64,000 nt of DNA from Auanema rhodensis. Its lineage: Eukaryota; Animalia; Nematoda. Where the stretch lies: contig OZ059895.1 of assembly GCA_964057225.1 (NCBI GenBank), positions 17,360,001-17,424,000 of the forward strand, given 5' to 3'. The position numbers and the translations under genes were made by a program. This document shows, piece after piece, positions 1 through 13,500 of the stretch. The first letter of the stretch is position 1. Each line of letters begins with the position of its first letter. The notes under the pieces are model-generated. The model had not been told where the DNA came from. It was given only the letters and a program-made list of their open reading frames with translations, and made no database searches.

Positions 1-363
1 AATTCGTGCTTCTTGAAGCTTTTACTTCAGGTTACATCTTCTCTTATTCATTCGAATGAAATATTTTATTTCAACACGGAGCAGTATTGTTAAAAGTGAC
101 AAAGTGATTTATATCGACAAATGAAAACAACTTATCAAGCCTCATTGGATCAGGAGCAGAGCGTCTGTCTAGTCGATTCCAGCATGAGGCATCGTTTTAG
201 ACTTTCTCAAACTATTTTGAGGATTAATTCGTGCTTCTTGAAGCTTTTACTTCAGGTTACATCTTCTCTTATTCATTCGAATGAAATATTTTACTTCAAT
301 ACGGAGCAGTATTGTTGAAAGTGACTAAGAGATTATTATCGACAAATGAAAACAACTTATCAA

Positions 364-418
364 GCCTCATTGGCTCAGGGGCAGAGCGTCTGTCTAGTAA
401 ACATTCCAGCATGAGGCA
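364..418 (+). pseudogene. tRNA-Thr pseudogene, 17-nt deletion variant (representative; others near 3007, 3459, 48843)
   Basis: Reads CTAGTAAACA|TTCCAGC; GAAGGTCGCTGGTTCGA (end of anticodon stem, variable loop, B box) is missing. Confidence 0.9.
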
Positions 419-590
419 TCTTTTTAGACTTTCTCAAACTATTTTTAGGATTCATTCGTGCTTCTCGAAGCTTTTACTTCAGGTTACATCTTCTGTTATT
501 CATTCGAATGAAATATTTTACTTCAATACGGAGCAGTATTGTTAAAAGTGACTAAGAGATTATAATAGAGAAATGAGAATAACTTATCAA

Positions 591-662
591 GCCTCATTGG
601 CTCAGGGGCAGAGCGTCTGTCTAGTAAACAGAAGGTCGCTGGTTCGATTCCAGCATGAGGCA
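591..662 (+). tRNA. tRNA-Thr(AGT), representative of roughly 120 full-length copies
   Basis: GCCTCAT TG GCTC AGGGGCA GAGC G TCTGT CT-AGT-AA ACAGA AGGTC GCTGG TTCGATT CCAGC ATGAGGC A folds into a perfect cloverleaf. Anticodon AGT, B box GGTTCGATTCC, no encoded CCA (eukaryotic). The copy number is an estimate from array length. Confidence 0.97.
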
Positions 663-665
663 TCG

Positions 666-678
666 TTTTAGACTTTTT
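666..678 (+). terminator. Pol III oligo-T terminator (representative; present after each tRNA copy)
   Basis: TTTT at 666-669 and TTTTT at 674-678, directly after the discriminator base. Confidence 0.75.
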
Positions 679-2279
679 CAAACTATTTTGAGGATTAATT
701 CGTGCTTCTCGAAGCTTTTACTTCAGGTTACATCTTCTCTTATTCATTCAAATGAAATTTTTCAATTGAATATGTAAACGCATTGTTGAAAGTGACTAAG
801 AGATTATAATCGAGAAATGAGAATAACTTTTTAAGCCTCATTGGCTCAGGGGCAGAGCGTCTGTCTAGTAAACAGAAGGTCGCTGGTTCGATTCCAGCAT
901 GAGGCATTGTTTTAGACTTTTTCAAAATATTTTGAAGATTAATTCGTGCTTCTTGAAGCTTTTACTTCAGGTTACATCTTCTCTTATTCATTCGAATGAA
1001 ATATTTTACTTCAATACGGAGCAGTATTGTTAAAAGTGACAAAGTGATTATTATCGACAAATGAAAACAATTTATCAAGCCTCATTGGCTCAGGGGCAGA
1101 GCGTCTGTCTAGTAAACAGAAGGTCGCTGGTTCGATTCCAGCATGAGGCATCGTTTTAGACTTCTTCAAACTATTTTGAGGATTAATTCGTGCTTCTTGA
1201 AGCTTTTACTTCAGGTTACATCTTCTCTTATTCATTCGAATGAAATATTTTACTTCAATACGGAGCAGTATTGTTAAAAGTGACAAAGTGATTATTATCG
1301 ACAAATGAAAACAACTTATCAAGCCTCATTCGCTCAGGGGCAGAGCGTCTGTCTAGTAAACAGAAGGTCGCTGGTTCGATTCCAGCATGAGGCATCGTTT
1401 TAGACTTTTTCAAACTATTTTGAGGATTAATTCGTGCTTCTTGAAGCTTTTACTTCAGGTTACATCTTCTCTTATTCATTCGAATGAAATATTTTACTTC
1501 AATACGGAGCAGTATTGTTAAAAGTGACAAAGTGATTTATATCGACAAATGAAAACAACTTATCAAGCCTTATTGGCTCAGGAGCAGAGCGTCTGTCTAG
1601 TCGATTCCAGCATGAGGCATCGTTTTAGACTTTCTCAAACTATTTTTAGGATTCATTCGTGCTTCTCAAAGCTTTTACTTCAGGTTACATCTTCTCTTAT
1701 TCATTCGAATGAAATATTTTACTTCAATACGGAGCAGTATTGTTAAAAGTGACAAAATGATTATTATCGACAAATGAAAACAACTTATCAAGCCTCATTG
1801 GCTCAGGGGCAGAGCGTCTGTCTAGTAAACAGAAGGTCGCTGGTTCGATTCCAGCATGAGGCATCGTTTTAGACTTTTTCAAACTATTTTGAGGATTAAT
1901 TCGTGCTTCTTGAAGCTTTTACTTCAGGTTACATCTTCTCTTATTCATTCGAATGAAATATTTTACTTCAATACGGAGCAGTATTGTTAAAAGTGACAAA
2001 GTGATTATTATCGACAAATGAAAACAACTTATCAAGCCTCATTGGCTCAGGGGCAGAGCGTCTGTCTAGTAAACAGAAGGTCGCTGGTTCGATTCCAGCA
2101 TGAGGCATCGTTTTAGACTTTTTCAAACTATTTTGAGGATTAATTCGTGCTTCTTGAAGCTTTTACTTCAGGTTACATCTTCTCTTATTCATTCGAATGA
2201 AATATTTTACTTCAATACGGAGCAGTATTGTTAAAAGTGACAAAGTGATTTATATCGACAAATGAAAACAACTTATCAA

Positions 2280-2332
2280 GCCTCATTGGCTCAGGAGCAG
2301 AGCGTCTGTCTAGTCGATTCCAGCATGAGGCA
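2280..2332 (+). pseudogene. tRNA-Thr pseudogene, 19-nt deletion variant (representative of about 35 copies)
   Basis: Reads GTCTAGT|CGATTCC; AAACAGAAGGTCGCTGGTT is missing, giving a 225-bp unit. These units generate the recurrent MKTTYQ... ORFs. Confidence 0.92.
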
Positions 2333-5300
2333 TCGTTTTAGACTTTCTCAAACTATTTTTAGGATTCATTCGTGCTTCTCAAAGCTTTTACTTCAGGTTA
2401 CATCTTCTCTTATTCATTCGAATGAAATATTTTACTTCAATACGGAGCAGTATTGTTAAAAGTGACAAAATGATTATTATCGACAAATGAAAACAACTTA
2501 TCAAGCCTCATTGGCTCAGGAGCAGAGCGTCTGTCTAGTCGATTCCAGCATGAGGCATCTTTTTAGACTTTCTCAAACTATTTTTAGGATTCATTCGTGC
2601 TTCTCGAAGCTTTTACTTCAGGTTACATCTTCTCTTATTCATTCGAATGAAATATTTTACTTCAATATCAATATTCACAAATGAAAACAACTTATCAAGC
2701 CTCATTGGAATGAAATATTTTACTTCAATATTCAATATTCACAAATGAAAACAACTTATCAAGCCTCATTGGCTCAGAGGCAGAGCGTCTGTCTAGTAAA
2801 CAGAAGGTCGCTGGTTCGATTCCAGCATGAGGCATCGTTTTAGACTTTTTCAAACTATTTTGAGGATTAATTCGTGCTTCTTGAAGCTTTTACTTCAGGT
2901 TACATCTTCTCTTATTCATTCGAATGAAATATTTTACTTCAATACGGAGCAGTATTGTTGAAAGTGACTAAGAGATTATTATCGACAAATGAAAATAACT
3001 TATCAAGCCTCATTGGCTCAGGGGCAGAGCGTCTGTCTAGTAAACATTCCAGCATGAGGCATCTTTTTAGACTTTCTCAAACTATTTTTAGGATTAATTC
3101 GTGCTTCTTGAAGGTTTTACTTCAGGTTACATCTTCTCTTATTCATTCGAATGAAATATTTTATTTCAACACGGAGCAGTATTGTTAAAAGTGACAAAGT
3201 GATTTATATCGACAAATGAAAACAACTTATCAAGCCTCATTGGATCAGGAGCAGAGCGTCTGTCTAGTCGATTCCAGCATGAGGCATCTTTTTAGACTTT
3301 CTCAAACTATTTTTAGGATTCATTCGTGCTTCTCGAAGCTTTTACTTCAGGTTACATCTTCTGTTATTCATTCGAATGAAATATTTTACTTCAATACGGA
3401 GCAGTATTATTGAAAGTGACTAAGAGATTATTATCGACAAATGAAAACAACTTATCAAGCCTCATTGGCTCAGGGGCAGAGCGTCTGTCTAGTAAACATT
3501 CCAGCTTGAGGCATCTTTTTAGACTTTCTCAAACTATTTTGGAATTAATTCGTGCTTCTTGAAGCTTTTACTTCAGGTTACATCTTCTCTTATTCATTAG
3601 AATGAAATGTTTCAATTGAATATGTAAACGCATTGTTGAAAGTGACTAAGAGATTATAATCGAGAAATGAGAATAACTTTTTAAGCCTCATTGGCTCAGG
3701 ATCAGAGCGTCTGTCTAGTAAACAGAAGGTCGCTGGTTCGATTCCAGCATGAGGCATCGTTTTAGACTTTTTCAAAATATTTTGAAGATTAATTCGTGCT
3801 TCTTGAAGCTTTTACTTCAGGTTACATCTTCTCTTATTCATTCGAATGAAATATTTTACTTCAATACGGAGCAGTATTGTTAAAAGTGACAAAGTGATTA
3901 TTATCGACAAATGAAAACAATTTATCAAGCCTCATTGGCTCAGGGGCAGAGCGTCTGTCTAGTAAACAGAAGGTCGCTGGTTCGATTCCAGCATGAGGCA
4001 TCGTTTTAGACTTCTTCAAACTATTTTGAGGATTAATTCGTGCTTCTTGAAGCTTTTACTTCAGGTTACATCTTCTCTTATTCATTCGAATGAAATATTT
4101 TACTTCAATACGGAGCAGTATTGTTAAAAGTGACAAAGTGATTATTATCGACAAATGAAAACAACTTATCAAGCCTCATTCGCTCAGGGGCAGAGCGTCT
4201 GTCTAGTAAACAGAAGGTCGCTGGTTCGATTCCAGCATGAGGCATCGTTTTAGACTTTTTCAAACTATTTTGAGGATTAATTCGTGCTTCTTGAAGCTTT
4301 TACTTCAGGTTACATCTTCTCTTATTCATTCGAATGAAATATTTTACTTCAATACGGAGCAGTATTGTTAAAAGTGACAAAGTGATTTATATCGACAAAT
4401 GAAAACAACTTATCAAGCCTTATTGGCTCAGGAGCAGAGCGTCTGTCTAGTCGATTCCAGCATGAGGCATCGTTTTAGACTTTCTCAAACTATTTTTAGG
4501 ATTCATTCGTGCTTCTCAAAGCTTTTACTTCAGGTTACATCTTCTCTTATTCATTCGAATGAAATATTTTACTTCAATACGGAGCAGTATTGTTAAAAGT
4601 GACAAAATGATTATTATCGACAAATGAAAACAACTTATCAAGCCTCATTGGCTCAGGGGCAGAGCGTCTGTCTAGTAAACAGAAGGTCGCTGGTTCGATT
4701 CCAGCATGAGGCATCGTTTTAGACTTTTTCAAACTATTTTGAGGATTAATTCGTGCTTCTTGAAGCTTTTACTTCAGGTTACATCTTCTCTTATTCATTC
4801 GAATGAAATATTTTACTTCAATACGGAGCAGTATTGTTAAAAGTGACAAAGTGATTATTATCGACAAATGAAAACAACTTATCAAGCCTCATTGGCTCAG
4901 GGGCAGAGCGTCTGTCTAGTAAACAGAAGGTCGCTGGTTCGATTCCAGCATGAGGCATCGTTTTAGACTTTTTCAAACTATTTTGAGGATTAATTCGTGC
5001 TTCTTGAAGCTTTTACTTCAGGTTACATCTTCTCTTATTCATTCGAATGAAATATTTTACTTCAATATGGAGCAGTATTGTTAAAAGTGACAAAGTGATT
5101 ATTATCGACAAATGAAAACAATTTATCAAGCCTCATTGGCTCAGGGGCAGAGCGTCTGTCTAGTAAACAGAAGGTCGCTGGTTCGATTCCAGCATGAGGC
5201 ATCGTTTTAGACTTTTTCAAACTATTTTGAGGATTAATTCGTGCTTCTTGAAGCTTTTACTTCAGGTTACATCTTCTCTTATTCATTCGAATGAAATATT

Positions 5301-6527
5301 TTACTTCAATATGGAGCAGTATTGTTAAAAGTGACAAAGTGATTATTATCGACAAATGAAAACAACTTATCAAGCCTCATTGGCTCAGGGGCAGAGCGTC
5401 TGTCTAGTAAACAGAAGGTCGCTGGTTCGATTCCAGCATGAGGCATCGTTTTAGACTTTTTCAAACTATTTTGAGGATTAATTCGTGCTTCTTGAAGCTT
5501 TTACTTCAGGTTACATCTTCTCTTATTCATTCGAATGAAATATTTTACTTCAATACGGAGCAGTATTGTTAAAAGTGACAAAGTGATTATTATCGACAAA
5601 TGAAAACAACTTATCAAGCCTCATTGGCTCAGGGGCAGAGCGTCTGTCTAGTAAACAGAAGGTCGCTGGTTCGATTCCAGCATGAGGCATCGTTTTAGAC
5701 TTTTTCAAACTATTTTGAGGATTAATTCGTGCTTCTTGAAGCTTTTACTTCAGGTTACATCTTCTCTTATTCATTCGAATGAAATATTTTACTTCAATAT
5801 GGAGCAGTATTGTTAAAAGTGACAAAGTGATTATTATCGACAAATGAAAACAACTTATCAAGCCTCATTGGCTCAGGGGCAGAGCGTCTGTCTAGTAAAC
5901 AGAAGGTCGCTGGTTCGATTCCAGCATGAGGCATCGTTTTAGACTTTTTCAAACTATTTTGAAGATTAATTCGTGCTTCTTGAAGCTTTTACTTCAGGTT
6001 ACATCTTCTCTTGTTCATTCGAATGAAATATTTTACTTCAATACGGAGCAGTATTGTTAAAAGTGACAAAGTGATTATTATCGACAAATGAAAACAATTT
6101 ATCAAGCCTCATTGGCTCAGGGGCAGAGCGTCTGTCTAGTAAACAGAAGGTCGCTGGTTCGATTCCAGCATGAGGCATCGTTTTAGACTTCTTCAAACTA
6201 TTTTGAGGATTAATTCGTGCTTCTTGAAGCTTTTACTTCAGGTTACATCTTCTCTTATTCATTCGAATGAAATATTTTACTTCAATACGGAGCAGTATTG
6301 TTAAAAGTGACAAAGTGATTATTATCGACAAATGAAAACAACTTATCAAGCCTCATTCGCTCAGCGGCAGAGCGTCTGTCTAGTAAACAGAAGGTCGCTG
6401 GTTCGATTCCAGCATGAGGCATCGTTTTAGACTTTTTCAAACTATTTTGAGGATTAATTCGTGCTTCTTGAAGCTTTTACTTCAGGTTACATCTTCTCTT
6501 ATTCATTCGAATGAAATATTTTACTTC

Positions 6528-6908
6528 TGTCACATCTGCAAGCACATGGTAAACATGTGCGCGCTATTCAAATAGCGGGAGCCTGAACAATCCCCGCCCA
6601 CAACATGGGACACACATGGCACTCTTGCTTCTGGCCTAACCCAGATAGGTTGTCTTATAGCCATGTGAGTCTCATCTCTATATCATCTATATATATACTC
6701 TATTTAATACTTTATTATATCTCTTTATATTCTTTCTTAATGTAATTCTTATATTGTATTTTCTTGTTATCTGATAATGAATCCTTTTCTCTTTGAGTAT
6801 TTGTCTTAATAAGGAAATCGGGGCGTTCGGGTCTGCCTACCTAAGGAACAAGGTAGAAGTACATATATCTTCCGACCATGAAAAGACGGGAAGAAACAAT
6901 ATGTAACG
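6528..6908 (+). mobile_element. Solo LTR (381 bp) of a third LTR-retrotransposon family
   Basis: Unique insert flanked by TSD CTTC (6524-6527, 6909-6912), with imperfect terminal inverted repeats TGTCACAT...ATGTAACG. Same GC-rich / AT-rich / structured layout as the E1 and E2 LTRs; strand is inferred from that layout. Confidence 0.8.
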
Positions 6909-9516
6909 CTTCAATACGGAGCAGTATTGTTAAAAGTGACAAAGTGATTTATATCGACAAATGAAAACAACTTATCAAGCCTTATTGGCTCAGGAACAGA
7001 GCGTCTGTCTAGTCGATTCCAGCATGAGGCATCGTTTTAGACTTTCTCAAACTATTTTTAGGATTCATTCGTGCTTCTCAAAGCTTTTACTTCAGGTTAC
7101 ATCTTCTCTTATTCATTCGAATGAAATATTTTACTTCAATACGGAGCAGTATTGTTAAAAGTGACAAAATGATTATTATCGACAAATGAAAACAACTTAT
7201 CAAGCCTCATTGGCTCAGGGGCAGAGCGTCTGTCTAGTAAACAGAAGGTCGCTGGTTCGATTCCAGCATGAGGCATCGTTTTAGACTTTTTCAAACTATT
7301 TTGAGGATTAATTCGTGCTTCTTGAAGCTTTTACTTCAGGTTACATCTTCTCTTATTCATTCGAATGAAATATTTTACTTCAATACGGAGCAGTATTGTT
7401 AAAAGTGACAAAGTGATTATTATCGACAAATGAAAACAACTTATCAAGCCTCATTGGCTCAGGGGCAGAGCGTCTGTCTAGTAAACAGAAGGTCGCTGGT
7501 TCGATTCCAGCATGAGGCATCGTTTTAGACTTTTTCAAACTATTTTGAGGATTAATTCGTGCTTCTTGAAGCTTTTACTTCAGGTTACATCTTCTCTTAT
7601 TCATTCGAATGAAATATTTTACTTCAATATTTAGCAGTATTGTTAAAAGTGACAAAGTGATTATTATCGACAAATGAAAACAACTTATCAAGCCTCATTG
7701 GCTCAGGGGCAGAGCGTCTGTCTAGTAAACAGAAGGTCGCTGGTTCGATTCCAGCATGAGGCATCGTTTTAGACTTTTTCAAACTATTTTGAGGATTAAT
7801 TCGTGCTTCTTGAAGCTTTTACTTCAGGTTACATCTTCTCTTATTCATTCGAATGAAATATTTTACTTCAATACGGAGCAGTATTGTTAAAAGTGACAAA
7901 GTGATTTATATCGACAAATGAAAACAACTTATCAAGCCTTATTGGCTCAGGAACAGAGCGTCTGTCTAGTCGATTCCAGCATGAGGCATCGTTTTAGACT
8001 TTCTCAAACTATTTTTAGGATTCATTCGTGCTTCTCAAAGCTTTTACTTCAGGTTACATCTTCTCTTATTCATTCGAATGAAATATTTTACTTCAATACG
8101 GAGCAGTATTGTTAAAAGTGACAAAATGATTATTATCGACAAATGAAAACAACTTATCAAGCCTCATTGGCTCAGGGGCAGAGCGTCTGTCTAGTAAACA
8201 GAAGGTCGCTGGTTCGATTCCAGCATGAGGCATCGTTTTAGACTTTTTCAAACTATTTTGAGGATTAATTCGTGCTTCTTGAAGCTTTTACTTCAGGTTA
8301 CATCTTCTCTTATTCATTCGAATGAAATATTTTACTTCAATACGGAGCAGTATTGTTAAAAGTGACAAAGTGATTATTATCGACAAATGAAAACAACTTA
8401 TCAAGCCTCATTGGCTCAGGGGCAGAGCGTCTGTCTAGTAAACAGAAGGTCGCTGGTTCGATTCCAGCATGAGGCATCGTTTTAGACTTTTTCAAACTAT
8501 TTTGAGGATTAATTCGTGCTTCTTGAAGCTTTTACTTCAGGTTACATCTTCTCTTATTCATTCGAATGAAATATTTTACTTCAATATTTAGCAGTATTGT
8601 TAAAAGTGACAAAGTGATTATTATCGACAAATGAAAACAACTTATCAAGCCTCATTGGCTCAGGGGCAGAGCGTCTGTCTAGTAAACAGAAGGTCGCTGG
8701 TTCGATTCCAGCATGAGGCATCGTTTTAGACTTTTTCAAACTATTTTGAGGATTAATTCGTGCTTCTTGAAGCTTTTACTTCAGGTTACATCTTCTCTTA
8801 TTCATTCGAATGAAATATTTTACTTCAACACGGAGCAGTATTGTTAAAAGTGACAAAGTGATTTATATCGACAAATGAAAACAACTTATCAAGCCTCATT
8901 GGCTCAGGAGCAGAGCGTCTGTCTAGTAAACAGAAGGTCGCTGGTTCGATTCCAGCATGAGGCATCGTTTTAGACTTTTTCAAACTATTTTGAGGATTAA
9001 TTCGTGCTTCTTGAAGCTTTTACTTCAGGTTACATCTTCTCTTATTCATTCGAATGAAATATTTTACTTCAATACGGAGCAGTATTGTTAAAAGTGACAA
9101 AGTGATTTATATCGACAAATGAAAACAACTTATCAAGCCTTATTGGCTCAGGAGCAGAGCGTCTGTCTAGTCGATTCCAGCATGAGGCATCGTTTTAGAC
9201 TTTCTCAAACTATTTTTAGGATTCATTCGTGCTTCTCAAAGCTTTTACTTCAGGTTACATCTTCTCTTATTCATTCGAATGAAATATTTTACTTCAATAC
9301 GGAGCAGTATTGTTAAAAGTGACAAAATGATTATTATCGACAAATGAAAACAACTTATCAAGCCTCATTGGCTCAGGGGCAGAGCGTCTGTCTAGTAAAC
9401 AGAAGGTCGCTGGTTCGATTCCAGCATGAGGCATCGTTTTAGACTTTTTCAAACTATTTTGAGGATTAATTCGTGCTTCTTGAAGCTTTTACTTCAGGTT
9501 ACATCTTCTCTTATTC
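6909..9516 (+). repeat. Tandem tRNA-Thr(AGT) array, segment 2
   Basis: Same 244/225-bp units; 957-bp higher-order duplication (6961 vs 7918). Confidence 0.97.
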
Positions 9517-9853
9517 CGTTCCGTTATGCTCTCACGTCGATCCTATAGACCAATAAAGCCTACAAGATGAGTGTGATAGTATTCCAGATGTAGCGGTAGA
9601 TAAAGAGCATAATGGATAAACATAAGACTCGAGAAAGAAAGGTTTATTATGTCTACATGATTACAATAAGTTATATAAGTCTACATAAGGATATAAAGTG
9701 AAAGAGAGCTAAGAAAGGAAGACCAACCATCCATAGTCATTCCATAAGGCAAAGCTGAAGTCTGTGTTCCATATGAAGGGCGTGTCGTCCTCTCTCAGCC
9801 TCATGTCGTCTGATTCTAACCCGCCTGCTACGTATTGATTTCCGAATGGAACG
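9517..9853 (-). repeat. E1 3' LTR (337 bp)
   Basis: Direct repeat of 20644-20980; element-sense ends CGTTCCATT...AACGGAACG; contains AATAAA. Confidence 0.96.
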
Positions 9854-9865
9854 TGCCATTTTTTC
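9854..9865 (-). other. E1 polypurine tract (GAAAAAATGGCA)
   Basis: Purine-rich run abutting the 3' LTR; positionally equivalent to GAAAAAGGGCA in E2. Confidence 0.7.
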
Positions 9866-10549
9866 GAGTTTATGTCGCGTCCTCGCGAATAGCAAAATAT
9901 GTGGCTTATTCCAATCGTAGCAGAAGGTTTAGTTTTAAAAAATAAAAATTACAATGTTAACATAAAAATAGTAAAGATAAATTACAATATAATGTTAAAC
10001 AATATTATCTGAAAAGAATTTAATAAAAATTATTTGAAAATACATGAATATTAAGGAATAAAACAATCTTTTTGAATACCAGGGCTATATTTTGTCAGCG
10101 AGAGTGCGCAAAATAGCTTTTTAGGCACGACGCTGCATGTCTAACTTGTTTGAGTATAGAGAAACGAGAGTCATGCTATATTATCGATGGAGCTAGCATG
10201 TTTCTTCAGCGTATTCAAAGCGAATTGTAATAATAAAAAAAATTAAACTAAATCCCATATAATTTCCGGAATTGAATCATTAACTACTTGATAAGGACTG
10301 TTGTTCAGATGAATATGCAATATAATGTCTCTTATCTTTCATTTCTTCTTTATTTACGGGAAATTATTTGAAATTGATGAAGTTTTATAATCATATATGC
10401 TTTGAAACTGAAATGCTTTTTGATTATTAGCTTACATCTCGTCTTACTCAAGTTTTTCAATGATATAATAATATGAATAGCTCTGGTTTTTTAAAAGAGA
10501 GTTGATACAAGGTTTTACAATAATTTTATCAATCTCGAAGTTATTTCTT

Positions 10550-13500
10550 TCATCGTCTTCTTCTTGGTGGTAGCCAATTTTGGTCCGATGGGTCTTCTGG
10601 TTCTGTTTCTTCAGTAGAGTCATAGTTATCGTTACCATTTATGACTTTTATGATCTCAATATCGCTGTCGTCGTCCGTGTCATAAGTCGTTGTATTTGAT
10701 CGCGTGTTTTGAGCGATTGTATGGTCCATTTTGCGTTCAAAAAGTTTGAGATTGTCTTTGTGTACGTCTTGAATTTTTCCAAATTGATTCTTGAGTTGTA
10801 CCATGTTTCCTTCAACGTTGATGACTTCAAATGGTCCATCATATGATTTGCGAAGCTTTTGACCTGGTTTATGCGCTTTAATTGCTAACATAACTTGGTC
10901 TCCTTTTCGGATATCTCTTTCTTCTATTCGTTGTCGTCCATCATGTTTTCTCTTCGCGGTTTCTTGATGTTTTGCAAGATTTTCTTGAATGATGGTTCTT
11001 CTTTCTCCTCTGATATATTCGGTATTCTCAATTTCTTCCAAGATCTCTGGTTGTAATGTCTCGGGGAATAATTCTTTGTCTAATCTCATACGACTTTCTT
11101 TTCCGAATAATGCTATGTATGGAGAGATTCCTGTGGTTGCGTGTGTTATTGTATTTAACGCAAAAGTAATTTTTGGTAAATACATGTCCCAATCAGTTAC
11201 GTCTTCGTTGAGATAGTGTGTTAATCCTTCTTCTAGCGTTCTGTGTAGTCTTTCGACTTGTCCATTAGAGTTTTTCTGATGAGGGAGTGTTGGCTCGTGT
11301 TTACTGCCGAGTTTTTCACACATTTCTTCAAATTTCTTTGATACAAAATTAGATCCACGATCGGTTATTAAACGATTTGGTGGTCCAAAAATATATACGA
11401 AATTCCTGAGGAATCTATCAATGATGACATCGGTGACAATTGTTGGTATAGCGATGGTTGTCGCCCATTTGGAGAATGAATCTTGTATTGTTAGGACATA
11501 ATTGTTGTTTCTTTTTGAAGTAGGGAATGGTCCCATAATATCCATATGTATTCTCTCAAATGGTTTTGATGGTATTTCAAATTGACCCATAGGCTGAACG
11601 GTCATAGCGTGAGGATCTTTCTTCCTTTGTGCGCATTTAACGCATTGTTTCACAAAAATTGCTATGTCCGTTTGCATATTTGTCCAGCAAAATCTTCGTA
11701 GTATGGCTTCTTTAGTTTTGTTAATTCCTTGATGTGCTCCAATTGCTGGGTCTTCGTGAAATTCTTCGATAACCTTGTTGATAAGTTCGCTTTCCCTTGG
11801 TAAAATCAAAGCTGGGTGTGGTCGTTTTCTGCTTGGTTTTGTGTATAACATGTTGTCAATAACACAATAACGATCATTAGAAAGCATGTTCTTTTTCGCT
11901 CTGTATTCTATTTCGGCGATAGTTCTCTTTATCCAAGGTGTATCCTCTTGAATTGCTCTAATGTCAGGTACATTAACGAAATTAATTTGAGCTTTCGGAA
12001 TTTCTTTTGTTTTCTTTTTCTTTTCCGGTTTAGGATCGTTTGCTTCATCTCCAATGTATCGTGAGAGAGCATCACAGACTTTGTTTAGTCTGCCTTCTCG
12101 GTATCTTATCTCGATATCATATTCCTGTATGACTAATTGAAATTTTGCTAGTCTTCCAAAAAGGTCTCTACGAGTCAATAAGCTTGTTAATGGTCGATGG
12201 TCTGTGATACAGATTGTATGTGATCCAAGTATATATGTTCGAAACTGAGCTAAAGCGTATACGAGTCCTAACGCTTCTATTTCAATAGGAGCATAGTTAC
12301 GTTCTGCTTTTACAAGTTTACGGCTTGCAAATGCAATTGGATGTAAGTTTTTGAGTGGTTCATTGGGATCTTCAGGTTGTAATAACACTGCTCCCACTGC
12401 GATATTACTACCGTCACTTTCTATAATGAACATACGGTCTGATCTTGGTGGTTTTAAGACCGGTGCTTGGATCAATTTTCTTTTTAGTGTATCAACAGCT
12501 TGTTGACTTTTGTCATTCCATTGAAATTCCACATCAAGTTTTGTAAGGTCGTATAAAGGGCTTGCGATGTGTGCAAAATCTTTAATAAATTTCCGAAAGA
12601 ATCCTACCATTCCCAAAAATGCTCTTACTCCTGTAGGTGACTTTGGAGCAGGATAGTCTTGAATGGCGGAGACTTTCTGTGGATCTGGTTTGACCCCATC
12701 TCTTCCGACAATTAAACCAAGAAATTTTACTTCAGGTCTTGCAAAAGCGCATTTCTTCAGTTTTATTTTCATGCCTAATTTCTTTACTTCTCTGAGAATC
12801 TCAGCTATATCGTCAAGATGTTGTTCTGCAGTATCTGATATAACGAGTAAATCATCCAAATAAACAAAGAGTCGGCATTTACATCTGCTTTGAAGGTATC
12901 GTACTGCTGTTTGAAAGGTATGTGGCGCTCCACATAACCCCATAGGCATCCTTCTATATTGATAAGTACCGGTGTTTGTTGTAAATGCTGTTAATGGTCG
13001 ATCTGATTTCTTTAATGCTATTTGGAAGAATCCGGATACTAAATCAAAGTTAGAAAAATATTGTGATCCGGCTGCCATATCGACAATGTCAGAGATGTTA
13101 GGTATGATGTACGTTTGCTTGCGAGTGACGTTATTTAGAGCACGGAAATCGGTTACGAAACGGAATGTTTCATCTTTCTTTTTGACTAAAACTACAGGAC
13201 TATTGAAAAGAGATGTGGATGGTTCAATTATATTTTGCTTCAGCATCTCCTGTACCTGTCTTTCGACTTCTTCTTGTTTGCCTATAGGGATACGCGTTAT
13301 ACGCGGTCTAGGCATGTCCATATCTGTTCTTAGAGGTATTGAATGCTCTACAGGTCCTTTAAATAGTCCTATTTGTTTATCCTCATTTAAAAATGCATCT
13401 CTATTACGGAGAATACAAAGCTGAAGTAGATCTTTTTGTTCTTTAGTTAGGTCGGCGTCTTTCAAATCAAGATCGTTCATGAAGTCCTGAGGAAAATGAG

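Larger units (their letters stand above)
1..6527 (+). repeat. Tandem tRNA-Thr(AGT) gene array, segment 1 (244-bp unit; 225/227-bp deletion variants)
   Basis: The same 72-nt tRNA plus 172-nt spacer repeats head to tail (tRNA starts at 591, 835, 1079). The array runs off the left edge of the window. Confidence 0.97.

Noticed and set aside
591-662. Amber suppressor (CTA) reading of the anticodon, or a tRNA-derived SINE
   Set aside because: The stem TCTGT/ACAGA fixes the loop as CT-AGT-AA, so the anticodon is AGT. Units lack tails and individual TSDs.
1-9516. CRISPR-like repeat/spacer appearance
   Set aside because: The spacers are near-identical rather than unique, the repeat is a tRNA, there are no cas genes, and the context is eukaryotic.
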